From positions 260,429 through 324,428 of IMG/VR virus record IMGVR_UViG_3300033997_000478: DNA of 64,000 nucleotides; one strand, given 5' to 3'. The notes under the pieces are model-generated. The model saw only the letters and a list, made by a program, of their open reading frames with translations. It was not told the DNA's origin and ran no database searches. Below, one piece after another: positions 63,439 through 64,000 of this stretch (position 1 is the first letter of the stretch; each line of letters begins with the position of its first letter). The position numbers were made by a program, and so were the translations under genes.

Positions 63439-64000
63439 ATGTCCGAACCGTTGCTCGAGCCGTCGATGGCTCTGAGCCTTGAGGAGTTCGTCGCGCTCAG
63501 CAACCCGGCTGAAGAAGATTTGCAGGTCAGCCTGGAGGCTCTCCAGTATGCCCCGTACTTCCGTCAGTTTGGTGCCATTCGTGCTGTGCAGCTGGCTGCC
63601 CCCAAGCTCAACAAGCTGGCCGACTTGCAACTGAGCAAGCTGGCCCTGATCCACTACCTGCCGCAAGAGCGTACCGATCTGGGCATGATGCCCGACGATC
63701 CGCTGCTGAACAACTACATGCGGTTGATGATGACCGAGCACATCACCGAGCTGGGTGATTCGCTGGGCAATCCTCGTCCGCTGCCGATGCCGGTGTCACA
63801 GCTCAAGCGTGACTACCGTCGTCTGAACCCGCGTGCTCGTGAGATCACCAATCTCGAATCGACGATGCGTGATGAGATCACCATCGTGGTGGAGAACTAC
63901 GCACTGCTCAACCACCTCTACCGCTACCCGATCAACTACTTCCGCCAGTACTACATGTGGTGGAACGTGCAGGCAGCACTGTGGAAGAACGTTGGCCGCA
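63439..64000 (+). CDS. Large virion protein, probably virion RNAP beta N-terminal part (phiKZ gp178-like), 3-prime partial
   Basis: Open frame from ATG 63439 to the window end (MSEPLLEPSMALSLEE...YFRQFG...GNPR...DYRR...NYALLNHLYRY...W). Assignment rests on synteny with beta-prime and recalled motifs. SLE propeptide sites present. Confidence 0.65.
   Translation, partial: MSEPLLEPSMALSLEEFVALSNPAEEDLQVSLEALQYAPYFRQFGAIRAVQLAAPKLNKLADLQLSKLALIHYLPQERTDLGMMPDDPLLNNYMRLMMTEHITELGDSLGNPRPLPMPVSQLKRDYRRLNPRAREITNLESTMRDEITIVVENYALLNHLYRYPINYFRQYYMWWNVQAALWKNVGR

Noticed and set aside
1-64000. tRNA, rRNA or CRISPR arrays
   Set aside because: None recognised. All repeats found are protein-coding or single hairpins.

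Overview
This is a ~64 kb segment of a GC-rich phiKZ-like (Chimalliviridae-type) jumbo myophage genome; a Xanthomonadaceae host is only a guess from GC content and fibre-gene types. From 1 to 26 kb it carries the tail/baseplate and receptor-binding region: Ig-like/LamG virion proteins, three fibres ending in S74 auto-cleaving chaperones, small adhesin-like genes, a tail-assembly chaperone, a RuvC-like resolvase and gp145/gp146-like repeat fibres. From 26 to 49 kb are a spike-like protein, an SbcC/Rad50 ATPase, a putative spanin pair, RNase H, UvsX/RecA, the C-terminal fragment of virion RNAP beta, a free-standing HNH endonuclease and NADAR-like genes. From 49 to 64 kb are the gp182-like baseplate protein, the gp181-like tape measure/lytic transglycosylase and the virion RNAP beta-prime and beta genes. 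Main observations: (1) an ORF-less 397-nt group I intron (61499-61895) splits the catalytic DFDGD motif of virion RNAP beta-prime; (2) a fibre-associated adhesin-like protein ends in poly-Gly plus a Hint (intein-like) domain that should not splice; (3) two adhesin paralogues share an 84% identical docking domain but have unrelated tips; (4) all six convergent gene junctions carry a GC hairpin framed by CATA(A)...(T)TATG rather than a U-tract. phiKZ gp numbers are recalled from family knowledge and synteny, not from database searches.
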